This document shows positions 1-9,585 of a stretch of DNA of 64,000 bases, one piece after another (positions within the stretch are counted from its first letter, which is position 1; every line of letters starts with the position of its first letter). The translations under genes and the position numbers were made by a program. The DNA lies in the NCBI GenBank assembly GCA_026986575.1, contig JALSOH010000006.1:288001-352000 (forward strand). Reading direction: 5' to 3'. The notes below the pieces were generated by a model. It saw only the letters and a list, made by a program, of their open reading frames with translations, had not been told where the DNA came from and made no database searches. The stretch is from Thermoproteota archaeon. Lineage in GTDB: Archaea > Korarchaeota > Korarchaeia > Korarchaeales > Korarchaeaceae.

Positions 1-136
1 GCCTCTCGCCCGCCCTCCTGAACGAGACCGGCAGAACCTCACCTACTAATTCATCGCTCACAAGCTGTTCGACAAGTTCACTGGTGGGGTTGTAGGGCAC
101 ATCACCCCAGCTCTCAAATCCGGTCAGTAGGATCAT
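1..136 (-). CDS. pcp: Pyroglutamyl-peptidase I (5' part; runs off the window edge)
   Basis: Manual translation MILLTGFESWGDVPYNPTSELVEQLVSDELVGEVLPVSFRRAGER matches the C15 family N-terminus (LxTGFxxF/W..NP..LPV). GGGTGA RBS lies upstream. Confidence 0.85.
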   Translation of the reverse strand, partial: MILLTGFESWGDVPYNPTSELVEQLVSDELVGEVLPVSFRRAGER

Positions 137-147
137 GAGATCACCCT

Positions 148-213
148 AGTGGGCTCGGGTCGGCACTGCATCTTCATGGCTCCGCGCCCCTTCGCCACCT
201 CATCGCCCTCACT
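148..213 (-). ncRNA. Candidate box C/D sRNA
   Basis: Minus strand reads GCGATGA (C) - 15 nt - CGGA (D') - GCC - ATGAAGA (C') - 12 nt - CCGA (D), with complementary ends GGGC/GCCC and AGTG/CACT. GC-rich and intergenic. Confidence 0.45.
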
Positions 214-404
214 GCTGGGGAAGCGTAGGAAGAAAAAGGTCCCGTCAAGGGTCGGTCAACACTCTCCGTTCGTTTGGCTTGCCTACATTTCTCTACAACA
301 TGGGGGTTAAAACTAAAAAAGTGATTGGACCAAGGGCCTATGAAATGTATTAATTAACAATGAAGCACGCAAGACTAATAAAATTCCGGGTTTTCTTTCC
401 TCCT

Positions 405-1559
405 ATGCAGAGGCGCGAGTTCCTCAAGATAGCGATAGCGGGCGTCGCCGGATTCGTAGCGGGCTCTCTGGTAGGATTGCCGATCAGGAGGGAGAAGATA
501 ATTGGAGTCAGCGAGAAGGAGGTGACCTCTAAGATATCGGGAGTGTCTGCAAGGGTGGAGGCTCTGAAGGTATACAACTGGTCTTACTACATACAGGAGC
601 TCCTCTTGGACATATTCGCTAAGGAAGTGGGCATGGACAGGGACAAGCTGGTTTACGACGTGTTCGAGGATCCAGTGGAACCTTTCTCTAAGCTTCAAGC
701 TGGAGGAAGCGGATACGATCTTGTGGTCCTCCCGGACGCGGAGGCCGCCCTTGCGATAAGCAAGGGTTACGTCAGGAAGCTCGACAAGTCTCTGATACCA
801 AATCTGAAGTTCGTGGATCCGGACTTCCTGAACCCACCCTTTGATCCCGATAACGAGTACAGCGTGGTCTACATGTGGGGTATAACCGCCTACTCTTGGA
901 GGACCGACTTCGTGCCGGAGGGAGTGACGACCCTCAAGCAGATATTTGATCCAGAGTTTGGGTTCTTGGAGAAGCACAAGAAGAGGGTTATGATGCTGGA
1001 AGAGGCTACGGAGGTGGTCCTCTCAGCCAAGGCCTACTTGGGCAAGGATCCCTACGACTGGAGGGACAAGACCATGGAGGAGGTCAAGGAGGTACTGCTG
1101 AGGCAGAAGCCCTACCTAGCTGGCTACGGAGGGACCAGCGAATACTATGAGGGATTCGCAAACGGAAGTATAGATGTGGCACACGCCTATAACGGGGATA
1201 TAGCCCTGCTGAGGACTGAGGAGCATCCAGAACTGGCCGACAAGGTCAAGTTCGGCATACCTGAGGAAGGCGGGACCAGGTGGACGGACAACATGCTCAT
1301 ACCCAAGGACGCTCCTCACCCGGATGCGGCCCACCTCTTCATAAACTTCCTCTTGGACCCAGCCGTAGCAGCGGTTAACTCGCTCTATGTGAAGTACATG
1401 AGTCCCGTGAAGGATGCTAAGCCCCTGATAGAGAAGGTGCTCAGCGATCCCGAGATATACCCAATAGACATCAAGGATAGGACATGGTACGTTCCGCTCC
1501 TGACGGAGGAGGATCACACTAAGCTCATGGAGGTATGGGAGGAGGTTCAGAAGGCCTGA
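405..1559 (+). CDS. potD: Spermidine/putrescine ABC transporter substrate-binding protein (PotD/PotF family) with Tat signal
   Basis: Motifs LKVYNWSYYI, GGSGYDLV, YSVVYMWG, PEEGGTRWTDN, AHLFINFLL. N-terminal QRREFLK twin-arginine signal; start placed at ATG 405. Confidence 0.85.
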   Translation: MQRREFLKIAIAGVAGFVAGSLVGLPIRREKIIGVSEKEVTSKISGVSARVEALKVYNWSYYIQELLLDIFAKEVGMDRDKLVYDVFEDPVEPFSKLQAGGSGYDLVVLPDAEAALAISKGYVRKLDKSLIPNLKFVDPDFLNPPFDPDNEYSVVYMWGITAYSWRTDFVPEGVTTLKQIFDPEFGFLEKHKKRVMMLEEATEVVLSAKAYLGKDPYDWRDKTMEEVKEVLLRQKPYLAGYGGTSEYYEGFANGSIDVAHAYNGDIALLRTEEHPELADKVKFGIPEEGGTRWTDNMLIPKDAPHPDAAHLFINFLLDPAVAAVNSLYVKYMSPVKDAKPLIEKVLSDPEIYPIDIKDRTWYVPLLTEEDHTKLMEVWEEVQKA

Positions 1560-1842
1560 AAAATTGAAATGTGTATGGGGGGCTTAACTACCACGTGACC
1601 TTGAGTCGCGCGAGGTATCTTAATGACTATGACGGTGTCCCCTCTCATCTCCCATCCCCCAAACTCCTCAAGGGCCCCAAGAGTCGCTGAACTGTCAGGC
1701 GCCTAGACCGACAGCAGGCACCATTATGTTGAAGTGCCGGGGTACCTAGACTCTTGTGGCTTCCAGAAGCGCCCTCAGATGGACTCATGCCTAAAAAACA
1801 AAACGCTTATTACTCTCCACCCTGAGGGGGAGCTGAGGGCAA

Positions 1843-2268
1843 ATGGACGAAGTGGAGCAAATAGGGCTTAACTGGGATCGCTTCTCCCAGAGGATAAAGG
1901 AGGATCCCTATGAGTTCCTCGAGCTGGGTCCTGAGGAGCTCAGGAGGGTGATAATGGAGAACCTCACTCCCCTAGCCAAGTTCTTGGGGGTGAATGCGAT
2001 AATATACGAGTGCGGTAGGTGGTACGCTAGAATAGAGAGGATAGAGCTGGAGGATGAGGAGCCAGAGCTAAGCGAGGTCATGGATAAGGAATGCTATGTC
2101 TCCTTGGAAGACGAGAACGGATGTGATGTGGTGGTCTTGGCCATCAGGGAAGACGAGACCGGGGACGTGGAGGCGTTCGCTAGATCAGCTGGGGAGATAC
2201 TTGAGATAATATTCAACGGGAAGGCCTGTGAGAACCAGGACGTCCCGTGGGATGACTTCCAGTGGTGA
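1843..2268 (+). CDS. Hypothetical acidic protein
   Basis: 141 aa ORF with typical codon usage and an upstream purine-rich RBS; no recognised motif. Confidence 0.7.
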   Translation: MDEVEQIGLNWDRFSQRIKEDPYEFLELGPEELRRVIMENLTPLAKFLGVNAIIYECGRWYARIERIELEDEEPELSEVMDKECYVSLEDENGCDVVVLAIREDETGDVEAFARSAGEILEIIFNGKACENQDVPWDDFQW

Positions 2269-2301
2269 TAAGCGTATATTTTTCACCTTCTCCTCTACTC
2301 T

Positions 2302-3165
2302 ATGTCAGGATCATCTGAAGGAACTGTTGATAGACTTGAAGTTTACGTGCTGGCAGAAGAGCATGCTTCAGGCATGTTCTGGGCTCAACATGGCATATCT
2401 TTCCTGTTAAAGGTTCATTCCGGTGGGCAGGTTCACGAGATCCTTTTCGATACTGGAAACAGCTGGGAGCCTATCGAGCACAACCTCAGGTTACTGGGCG
2501 AGGATCTATCAAGGGTTAAGACGGTGGTGCTTTCACACAGGCACTATGACCACACGGGAGGTCTGAAGGGACTCCTGACCGATCTGAAAAGGGAGATCAC
2601 GATAATTTCGCATCCGGATCTCTTCAGACCGAACTTCGTCCTTCCCCTGAGGGAGATAGGTATACCCTTCACTAGAGAGGAGCTCAAGGGCTTAGGCGCG
2701 AGGTTCCTCTTGACTCGTGACCCTATAGAGGTGATATCCGGAGTTATGACGACTGGAGAAGTCCCCAGAATCTCTGAGGTAGAGAGGGAGATGACCATAG
2801 AGACCTACACGGTGGATGAGAATGGAAGATTGGTTAGGGATCCCATAATGGATGACGTGTCCCTCATTGTAAGGTTGAGAGGAGGATCCGTAGTGCTAAC
2901 CGGATGTTCCCACGCGGGAGTGGTGAACATAGTGAGGAGAGCATCCGAGATAGCCAATCCAGTGCGGACGGTGATAGGAGGCTTCCATCTCGTCAGTGCT
3001 TCGGAAGAGAGGATTGAGGCGACTGTTAAGGCCCTTCAAGAATTGGGCGTGGAGCAGGTAATTACCGGTCACTGCACAGGACTGGCAGCTGAGTGCGCGT
3101 TCAGGAGGGAATATGGAAGGGGTTTCGCACAACTGGCCGTGGGAAAGGTGCTCAAATTTCCATGA
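2302..3165 (+). CDS. MBL-fold metallo-hydrolase (MJ0301/COG1237-like)
   Basis: Motifs HGISFL, LFDTG, SHRHYDHTGG, TGCSHAG, GGFHL, GHCTG. Confidence 0.9.
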   Translation: MSGSSEGTVDRLEVYVLAEEHASGMFWAQHGISFLLKVHSGGQVHEILFDTGNSWEPIEHNLRLLGEDLSRVKTVVLSHRHYDHTGGLKGLLTDLKREITIISHPDLFRPNFVLPLREIGIPFTREELKGLGARFLLTRDPIEVISGVMTTGEVPRISEVEREMTIETYTVDENGRLVRDPIMDDVSLIVRLRGGSVVLTGCSHAGVVNIVRRASEIANPVRTVIGGFHLVSASEERIEATVKALQELGVEQVITGHCTGLAAECAFRREYGRGFAQLAVGKVLKFP

Positions 3166-3171
3166 ATGGAA

Positions 3172-3861
3172 TCAGAGAACATCGGATAAGTAGAACTCGA
3201 TCATATTTCCCTTCCTCCTCTCCCAGACGAGGCCGCTCCTCTCTAGGACATTGAGGTGCCACCTCAGGCTTCCTAAACTCATTCCTAGATCCCTAGACAT
3301 CTGCCTCAGGTAAGCACCGGGGTTAACCCTCAGGTACTCTATTATGGCCCTTCTCGCACTGCTCGATGCGACTCCACGATGCGGCGATATGATTACCTTG
3401 AGCTGGCACTCCTTCAATTCGCAGCACCCGGACTCCTCAACGAGCACCAGCTGACCCGTGAGGGTGGAGAAGAACCCCGCTACGAATCCCCTGAGGAAGT
3501 TGCACCCGCCCATCCCCCCTTGTTTCCTGACCTCCTCGGCCCCCTTAACCCTGAGGAGCGCACCTTCTGGCCCGATATCCAGTACATCAATCCTCTCAGC
3601 CATGTTCAGATAAGAATTCACCTCCTCAAGGGAGATCCACGGGCTGATCGATGGATCGGCCTTTTTTACCGCTTCTCCAACTCTCTCACCGAGTCTCAGT
3701 CCGAACATATAGACTAGGAGACCCCCTTCTGGGGTGGAGGTCTCCACCAGACTCATCAGCGAGGAACAGGCGCTCCTCAACAGATGACTGGAGGACGGGC
3801 CCAAGACCTCCTCAAGCACTTTTCCGATATGATTTCCTCTCCTCGACCTATCTAGACTCAT
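3172..3861 (-). CDS. V4R-domain / winged-HTH transcriptional regulator
   Basis: V4R-like CNFLRGFVAG..EESGCC..C segment; C-terminal wHTH (IIEYLRVNPG..LRWHLNVLERSGLV). Confidence 0.75.
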   Translation of the reverse strand: MSLDRSRRGNHIGKVLEEVLGPSSSHLLRSACSSLMSLVETSTPEGGLLVYMFGLRLGERVGEAVKKADPSISPWISLEEVNSYLNMAERIDVLDIGPEGALLRVKGAEEVRKQGGMGGCNFLRGFVAGFFSTLTGQLVLVEESGCCELKECQLKVIISPHRGVASSSARRAIIEYLRVNPGAYLRQMSRDLGMSLGSLRWHLNVLERSGLVWERRKGNMIEFYLSDVL

Positions 3862-3911
3862 TCGATCCTTACTATTACTTAATTACTTAAATGGGTTACT
3901 GACGAGGGAGT

Positions 3912-3961
3912 TCTAGGATTCCTAGACGCTTGTGCTATATCTGTTATTCAAATCATATGAT
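3912..3961. promoter_or_regulatory. Two palindromes in the divergent promoter region (candidate operators)
   Basis: TCTAGGA-T-TCCTAGA at 3912-3926 and ATCATATGAT at 3952-3961, between the divergent regulator and dsrE genes. Confidence 0.35.
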
Positions 3962-3972
3962 CAGCTCTCTAG

Positions 3973-4443
3973 GTGATATACTTGGTCAAGAGACTTATGA
4001 TCGTGGTCAGTAAGGGGACCTTAGACATGGCCTATCCTCCCCTTATATTGGCTCAGATCGGGGCGGCCATGGGCTTGGAGGTTGGTCTCTTCTTCACATT
4101 CTGGGGCTTTGACATAATAAGGAAAGACAGGGTTGATAATCTCAAGGTGACCCCGGTAGGAAATCCATCGATGGGAATGCCGAACATACTAGCCATACTC
4201 CCAGGAATGACTGCGATGGCAACTAACATGGTGAAGAAAAAGATAAAGGAGCTCAACATGCTCACCATAAGGGATATGATAAAGGAATGCAAGGACTTAG
4301 GAGTGAAGTTCTACGCCTGCTCAACTACAATGGAGATGTTCGGCCTGAAGAGGGAAGACCTGATAGATGAGGTGGATGATGTAGTCGGTGCGACGACTTT
4401 CATGAACATGGCCATGGAGGATGCTGTCGTGATGTTCGTGTAA
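3973..4443 (+). CDS. DsrE2-family sulfur-relay protein
   Basis: Motifs GTLDMAYPPLIL, FFTFWG, GVKFYACSTTME. Confidence 0.85.
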   Translation: MIYLVKRLMIVVSKGTLDMAYPPLILAQIGAAMGLEVGLFFTFWGFDIIRKDRVDNLKVTPVGNPSMGMPNILAILPGMTAMATNMVKKKIKELNMLTIRDMIKECKDLGVKFYACSTTMEMFGLKREDLIDEVDDVVGATTFMNMAMEDAVVMFV

Positions 4444-4485
4444 CTACCTTAAATACTCTTTTTTAAGGTGAATGGACCTCCGGCC

Positions 4486-5796
4486 TCATTCCATCCCATA
4501 CTTACTCATAGTCTGCTGCCTAGTGAGGAATCTTCTCTTGGTCAGCCTCCTGTACGCTAGCTCAATGGATGCAAAGGCTAGGACATTAATCCAGATCGTG
4601 TAGAAAACTCGCTGGTCTGTTTGCCACTGATAATACATTAGGAGGGAAAATATAGCTAGGACCACGACTAGGCTGAAGGCTACGAGGGATCTACTCGCTT
4701 TTGTCTCATCGATCAGCCTCAGGTGAGAAAGTATAGCGAACACATATACTAGGAGGAAGGTCGCACTGCAGATAGCTGCAATCCCCTCTATGTTGAAGAG
4801 CAACGCGAAGATAATCCCCAATCCGGCCGTTATGTAGAGACCCTCGGGAGCGGAGAACCAAGACTTCCTCTCAAACACGGGGGGTAACTCACCTTTCACG
4901 GCCAACGCGTAGGCTATGTTCGCGCCCCCGTACAGAGTAGCATTTATGGCCGATGAGGTAGAAAAGAGGGCGCCCACCGATATAAATGTGAAACCTAGGT
5001 TACCCAAGAACGGTCTGGCGGCCTCAGCAAGCGCGTACTCCTTAGCCTTGACCAACTCTTCCACCGGCAAGTTCCCTACAGCAACCACCGCTATGGACAC
5101 GTAAACCAAGGTTACTATCAGGAGGCTCAAGTATATAGCTCGGGAGACGTTCTTCTCAGGATCCTCTATGTCCTCGGACGCGTTAGTTATCAATCCAAAA
5201 CCAGTGTAGCTCAGGAAGAATATAGTGGCGGCGTACACGGCTCCCATGACATGCTCGGGATCGAGCTGTGGTGCTACATAATCCGGATTAATGGTCCACA
5301 ATCCTCCTAAGACAAATACCCCAAGAACGATGAGTTTGCCTAAGACAATGAGGGACTCGGCCCTCCCTACCGCCTTGGATCCGAAGAAATTTAGGACCAT
5401 GAAGACCGATATAACGACAACTTCAACTAATCCGAAGAGGAATTGATGCTGGACCTTGATCAGGGCGAGAAAATAACCTGCAAAAGCATTTGCGAACAGG
5501 GATAGTGAGACGACGTAACTCATCCACATGAGGAAGGCAAGAGTCCCAGTAATCTCATTATCTCCCATGCCCCGAAGGATGAACTCTATCGGGCCAGCAT
5601 TCGATATGAATTTCGAGCCCAGCTTGGCGTAGTTGTATGCCACCAAGTAGGCCGCCAGCGAGGATAGGATGAATGCTAGGGGAAGGTTTTTACCCGCTAT
5701 CTCAGCGCCAACTCCTAGGATAGAGAATATGCTGGCCCCTATTATTATACCAACCGCTATGGAAGTTGCTTCCCAGACCGATAATTTCCTCCCCAA
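4486..5796 (-). CDS. APC-family amino acid permease
   Basis: About 12 TM segments; GIIIGASIFS; SYTGFGLITNASE. Confidence 0.9.
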   Translation of the reverse strand: MGRKLSVWEATSIAVGIIIGASIFSILGVGAEIAGKNLPLAFILSSLAAYLVAYNYAKLGSKFISNAGPIEFILRGMGDNEITGTLAFLMWMSYVVSLSLFANAFAGYFLALIKVQHQFLFGLVEVVVISVFMVLNFFGSKAVGRAESLIVLGKLIVLGVFVLGGLWTINPDYVAPQLDPEHVMGAVYAATIFFLSYTGFGLITNASEDIEDPEKNVSRAIYLSLLIVTLVYVSIAVVAVGNLPVEELVKAKEYALAEAARPFLGNLGFTFISVGALFSTSSAINATLYGGANIAYALAVKGELPPVFERKSWFSAPEGLYITAGLGIIFALLFNIEGIAAICSATFLLVYVFAILSHLRLIDETKASRSLVAFSLVVVLAIFSLLMYYQWQTDQRVFYTIWINVLAFASIELAYRRLTKRRFLTRQQTMSKYGME

Positions 5797-5876
5797 AATC
5801 TCACCCTCATGGAGTTTGCAGTTACAGGAGATCGCTATCCCTTAAATCTTCGACCCCGTATATCAAAGGGATCACC

Positions 5877-6746
5877 ATGAATGGTCTCAAGCCGGAAACC
5901 TTAGAGGTTCTGCTCGAATTTCAGAGGAACGAGATAACAGAATACAACGTTTACCTGAGTTTGGCCCAAAGGGCGGATGAAGAGAACAGGAAGGTTCTGG
6001 AGAGGATAGCTAGGGACGAGCTCAGGCACTACTCAATCTTGAGGAAGTACACAGGCAGGGATGCGGAGCCTAACGCTAAGAAAGTCCTCCTTTACTCGTT
6101 GGTGGCCAAGATATTTGGCGTCACCTTCGCGATAAAGCTTATGGAGAGGGGAGAAGAATTGGCTCAGGAAGGATACGAAAAGATAATAGATGAAATTCCA
6201 GAGGCAGCAACTCTTCTCCAAGAGGAGGAAGATCATGAAAACCAGCTGATACAGCTCCTGAAGGAAGAAAGGGTAGAATACGTGGGATCCATGGTTCTAG
6301 GCCTCAACGATGCACTGGTTGAGCTTACCGGGGCCCTTGCTGGCCTCACTTTCGCATTGCAGAACGCAAAACTCATAGGCATCGCGGGTCTTGTCATGGG
6401 AGTGGCAGCCAGCCTATCCATGGCGGCCTCCGAGTACCTATCTAGGAGGTCGGAGAGGGCCGGAAATCCGATCAAGGGAGCCCTCTACACAGGAGCCGCT
6501 TACATAATCACCGTTGCTCTGATGGTGTCTCCCTTTCTTGCTCTTCCCGATCCCTACGTAGCATTGACTTCGATGCTCAGCATAGCGATAGTGATAATCG
6601 GGATATTCTCGTTCTTCGTATCTGTCGTGAAGGACCAATCTTTCAAGAGGATGTTCTTGGAAATGCTGGCCATAAGCTTGGGTGTAGCCCTAATCTCGTT
6701 CGCTGTTGGGTGGATGGCTAGGGCCGCGTTCGGAGTTGAGATATGA
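5877..6746 (+). CDS. Ferritin-like (rubrerythrin) + VIT1/CCC1 iron exporter (MbfA-like)
   Basis: N-terminal ExxH di-iron motifs (DELRH, EEEDH), then the VIT1 motifs VLGLNDALVE and SMAASEYLS. Start placed at ATG 5877. Confidence 0.85.
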   Translation: MNGLKPETLEVLLEFQRNEITEYNVYLSLAQRADEENRKVLERIARDELRHYSILRKYTGRDAEPNAKKVLLYSLVAKIFGVTFAIKLMERGEELAQEGYEKIIDEIPEAATLLQEEEDHENQLIQLLKEERVEYVGSMVLGLNDALVELTGALAGLTFALQNAKLIGIAGLVMGVAASLSMAASEYLSRRSERAGNPIKGALYTGAAYIITVALMVSPFLALPDPYVALTSMLSIAIVIIGIFSFFVSVVKDQSFKRMFLEMLAISLGVALISFAVGWMARAAFGVEI

Positions 6747-6828
6747 TGTGATATAAAATTTAACCACTTTTTGGCGCTAACGGTAGAGAAATAAAAATAA
6801 TATAACGGAAAAAGACAGATAGTAGAAA

Positions 6829-7980
6829 TTATTTCTCTCTAAGGAGCAAGTAGAACAGAGCCGCCACCGCCGCCAGCAGAGGTATTAGGGAGGCCGCCGT
6901 GATCGCGTACAGCTCTGGAAGATTAGCTAGGGTGTTGACATTAGTTGTGAGTAAGGCCTTCCTGAAGATCTCCGGTAGAGAGCTTACTATCTCTGGCTGA
7001 GCCACGAAATAGGGAAGCTGGCTATGCATGTTGAGCATCTCACCCACGAGCACCGTCGTTAGGGCCACGGGACCTCCGATCTTCGCCCAGCTGATCTGTG
7101 TTTCCGTGAGCTCCTTGGGCCTGAAGACTTGGTAAAGGACGATGAACTGCACCAGTACCAAGATCATCTTCACTATGAAGAGCCAGCCGAAGTCCCTCTC
7201 ACCGGGCTTACCTATCAGAAAACCGAATACATTGTAGAACTTGTATGGGGTTGTTATGAGGCTCACCGAGTACCACGCACCGAAGAACATCATCAGAGCC
7301 AGGGAAGCGAAGCCGTAATTGGCGAACCTGCTCACCAACTCTAGATATCTCTCCTTAAGGGAGCTCTCGGAGGCCTCGTACCTGATGACGTACACAGTTA
7401 CCATCATGAGAGAGCCAGCAGCTAGGGCCCCGAAAACGCTCTTCAGGTACAGTGGGAGAAACGTCGGATTCATCAGAGCCTCAACGACATCAAGGTAGGG
7501 TTTGGGCTCCAAGTGAAGCCCAGAAGGGACATTGAGGAAGGCGAACACGGCGCGGAAGCCGAAGGGTATAAGGTACCCGGAGAGGGCCATCAGGCCCCCG
7601 ACGGCCAGATGTATCTGCTGCGATGACCTGTCCCAGAGGTACCAGTAGAGCACTATGGTCAGGAACCTCAAGGCTATCATCAGGATAGCGAGTCCGAAGG
7701 GAACCCAAGTGAGGTGACCCGCCAGCCCTATGAATTGCGGGTAGAAGCTCAGCAGCATGACGGTGAAGGCCGTGCCGAAGACCCCTGCAATGGCATAGGT
7801 ACTCGCGTAGTACCTCATCAGGACCTTAGCTCTCTCCATTAGGAAGTCGTCGTCCTTCTTCCTTGCGAGCCACTCCATTAGAGGGATGAACGTGGCTATG
7901 GCCATGTCCAGATTGACGAGGACTATGTGCACACCGAATGATAGGGACAGGAGGGCGGATATCGGCAGGGGAGCCTGCAT
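6829..7980 (-). CDS. Cytochrome bd oxidase second subunit, CydA'-type
   Basis: Multi-TM protein directly downstream of cydA, with a CydA-like N-terminus (GVHIVLVN, GVFGT) rather than CydB features. Confidence 0.75.
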   Translation of the reverse strand: MQAPLPISALLSLSFGVHIVLVNLDMAIATFIPLMEWLARKKDDDFLMERAKVLMRYYASTYAIAGVFGTAFTVMLLSFYPQFIGLAGHLTWVPFGLAILMIALRFLTIVLYWYLWDRSSQQIHLAVGGLMALSGYLIPFGFRAVFAFLNVPSGLHLEPKPYLDVVEALMNPTFLPLYLKSVFGALAAGSLMMVTVYVIRYEASESSLKERYLELVSRFANYGFASLALMMFFGAWYSVSLITTPYKFYNVFGFLIGKPGERDFGWLFIVKMILVLVQFIVLYQVFRPKELTETQISWAKIGGPVALTTVLVGEMLNMHSQLPYFVAQPEIVSSLPEIFRKALLTTNVNTLANLPELYAITAASLIPLLAAVAALFYLLLREK

Positions 7981-7986
7981 TACCCA

Positions 7987-9585
7987 TCACCTCCTCCACA
8001 GGAACCAGTACACGGCCAGCACTAGCACAACGAGTATTAGCGATAGGTAGAGGGCTACTCCCATCAGGTGCCAGGCAGGCGGGGGATTGATCGTGAGCTC
8101 TGTCTGAACATCCATTATCCCGTAGATGGCCCACGGCTTTCTTCCCATCTCCCTGACCCCCCATCCGAGGAAGCTAGTGATCTGCGCGATGGCAGGAGAT
8201 ATCACAGCTATCCAGAGGACCCATGAGGGCCATTCCTCCTTTCTAAACGCGTAGAAGACGGCTAGCAGACCTATCAACCCTAAGAGGACGCCCAGTCCTA
8301 TTTTCGTATAGTACAGGTAGTGGATTATCAGGGGCGGTCTGTACTCGGCGGCGATTACATCATAGGACGGAAGCTTCGCATTGGGGTCTCCGTATGCCAG
8401 CAGGGGCATGAACTGCTCCACCAATTGCTTCATGCCTAGCATGCTGGGTAGGCTGGTTATCTGGGTGGTGGTGGCCTCCATGGCCGCGAACTTCTCCGGG
8501 TTATACTTGGCCACGGCAGCGCCCATGGCGTGGCCAGACCCGGTTCCCTGAATGGCTATCAGGATCAAGGCCACCACGGCGGCGAACTTCATGGCCCTCA
8601 GGAAGTATCTCCTGTCTCTGTCGTCCTTGGATGTCCTGAGAAGCCTCAGAGCGTAGCCGCCAAGAAGGGTGAATGCTGACACGGTGAGGGCAGCGCCCAA
8701 GGCATGGATGTACGTGGCTAGGTATCCCTTGGAGAGGAAGGTTATCATGAATATTCCGGCATTCTTTACCGTGTTCGCCACTATGGCATCGATCACCGTC
8801 TTTAGGGGCACGGATGAGAGGGACTGCAGGGCTTCGGGCTTGATGACGGCCGCGAGTGTGCTCTCACCTATCGTCTTACCGGCGAAGGCCTCCCTCATGA
8901 GCACCCTGACCAAGCCTGAGGGGAGAGTAACGGTTACCTGCTCTGGAGTGGCACTGATGACTTTGGCACCCACCGCTGCCAGCTTATTCACATCTAGGGC
9001 TTGGGCTATCTGGGCTGGCACGAAAAGGAGAACATCCGGAGGTGCCCAGCTGGAAGGACCTGCTAGCGGGTCGTAGTGGGCTATCACGTTGACTGGAGCT
9101 TGCATGAAAGAGTTGACGCTGAGTATCATGGCTCCCGAGTACCATGCACCCACGAAGGCCAGAATACCTATGATGAGGTGCGTCCTCGGGGATACCTTGT
9201 CCTCCGCATAGAAGTACATGTATATGAAGATCCCCTCCATGAGGAACGCGAATATCTCCATGTACAGCGGGAAGTATATGTACCTACCCGCTGCCTCCGT
9301 CAAGTTAGGCCATAGCAGGACGAGGCCGAACTCTGAGGCGGTTCCCGTGGCGGCCCCTACCGCGAAGACCGCCACGAAGGCCTTTGCTAAGGTCCTTGAG
9401 AGCCTCTTCCAATCATCATTACGGGTCCTGAGCCATATAGCTTCAGTGACCACTGCTAAAAAAGACAAGCCTAACACGTACTGCAGGATGAACCAGTGAA
9501 CCTCTATGCCTATCATTGAGAGCAGTCTTTCCCAGCCAGCTGGGTAACCGGAAAACCACTGCTGTATCAAGCCGAAGGGGTCCAT
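7987..9585 (-). CDS. cydA: Cytochrome bd quinol oxidase subunit I
   Basis: Motifs HWFIL, GAATGT..EFG, EIFAFLMEG, NSFMQ, PEKFAAME, GWGVREMGRKPW. Confidence 0.92.
   Translation of the reverse strand: MDPFGLIQQWFSGYPAGWERLLSMIGIEVHWFILQYVLGLSFLAVVTEAIWLRTRNDDWKRLSRTLAKAFVAVFAVGAATGTASEFGLVLLWPNLTEAAGRYIYFPLYMEIFAFLMEGIFIYMYFYAEDKVSPRTHLIIGILAFVGAWYSGAMILSVNSFMQAPVNVIAHYDPLAGPSSWAPPDVLLFVPAQIAQALDVNKLAAVGAKVISATPEQVTVTLPSGLVRVLMREAFAGKTIGESTLAAVIKPEALQSLSSVPLKTVIDAIVANTVKNAGIFMITFLSKGYLATYIHALGAALTVSAFTLLGGYALRLLRTSKDDRDRRYFLRAMKFAAVVALILIAIQGTGSGHAMGAAVAKYNPEKFAAMEATTTQITSLPSMLGMKQLVEQFMPLLAYGDPNAKLPSYDVIAAEYRPPLIIHYLYYTKIGLGVLLGLIGLLAVFYAFRKEEWPSWVLWIAVISPAIAQITSFLGWGVREMGRKPWAIYGIMDVQTELTINPPPAWHLMGVALYLSLILVVLVLAVYWFLWRR

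Noticed and set aside
190-210. GGCGATGAGG on the minus strand, resembling the start of a fluoride riboswitch
   Set aside because: Lacks the pairing CGCC strand and pseudoknot partner; the C/D architecture fits better.
1560-1842. Short ORF fragments in the intergenic region
   Set aside because: Under 50 aa and unrecognisable; probably decayed sequence.
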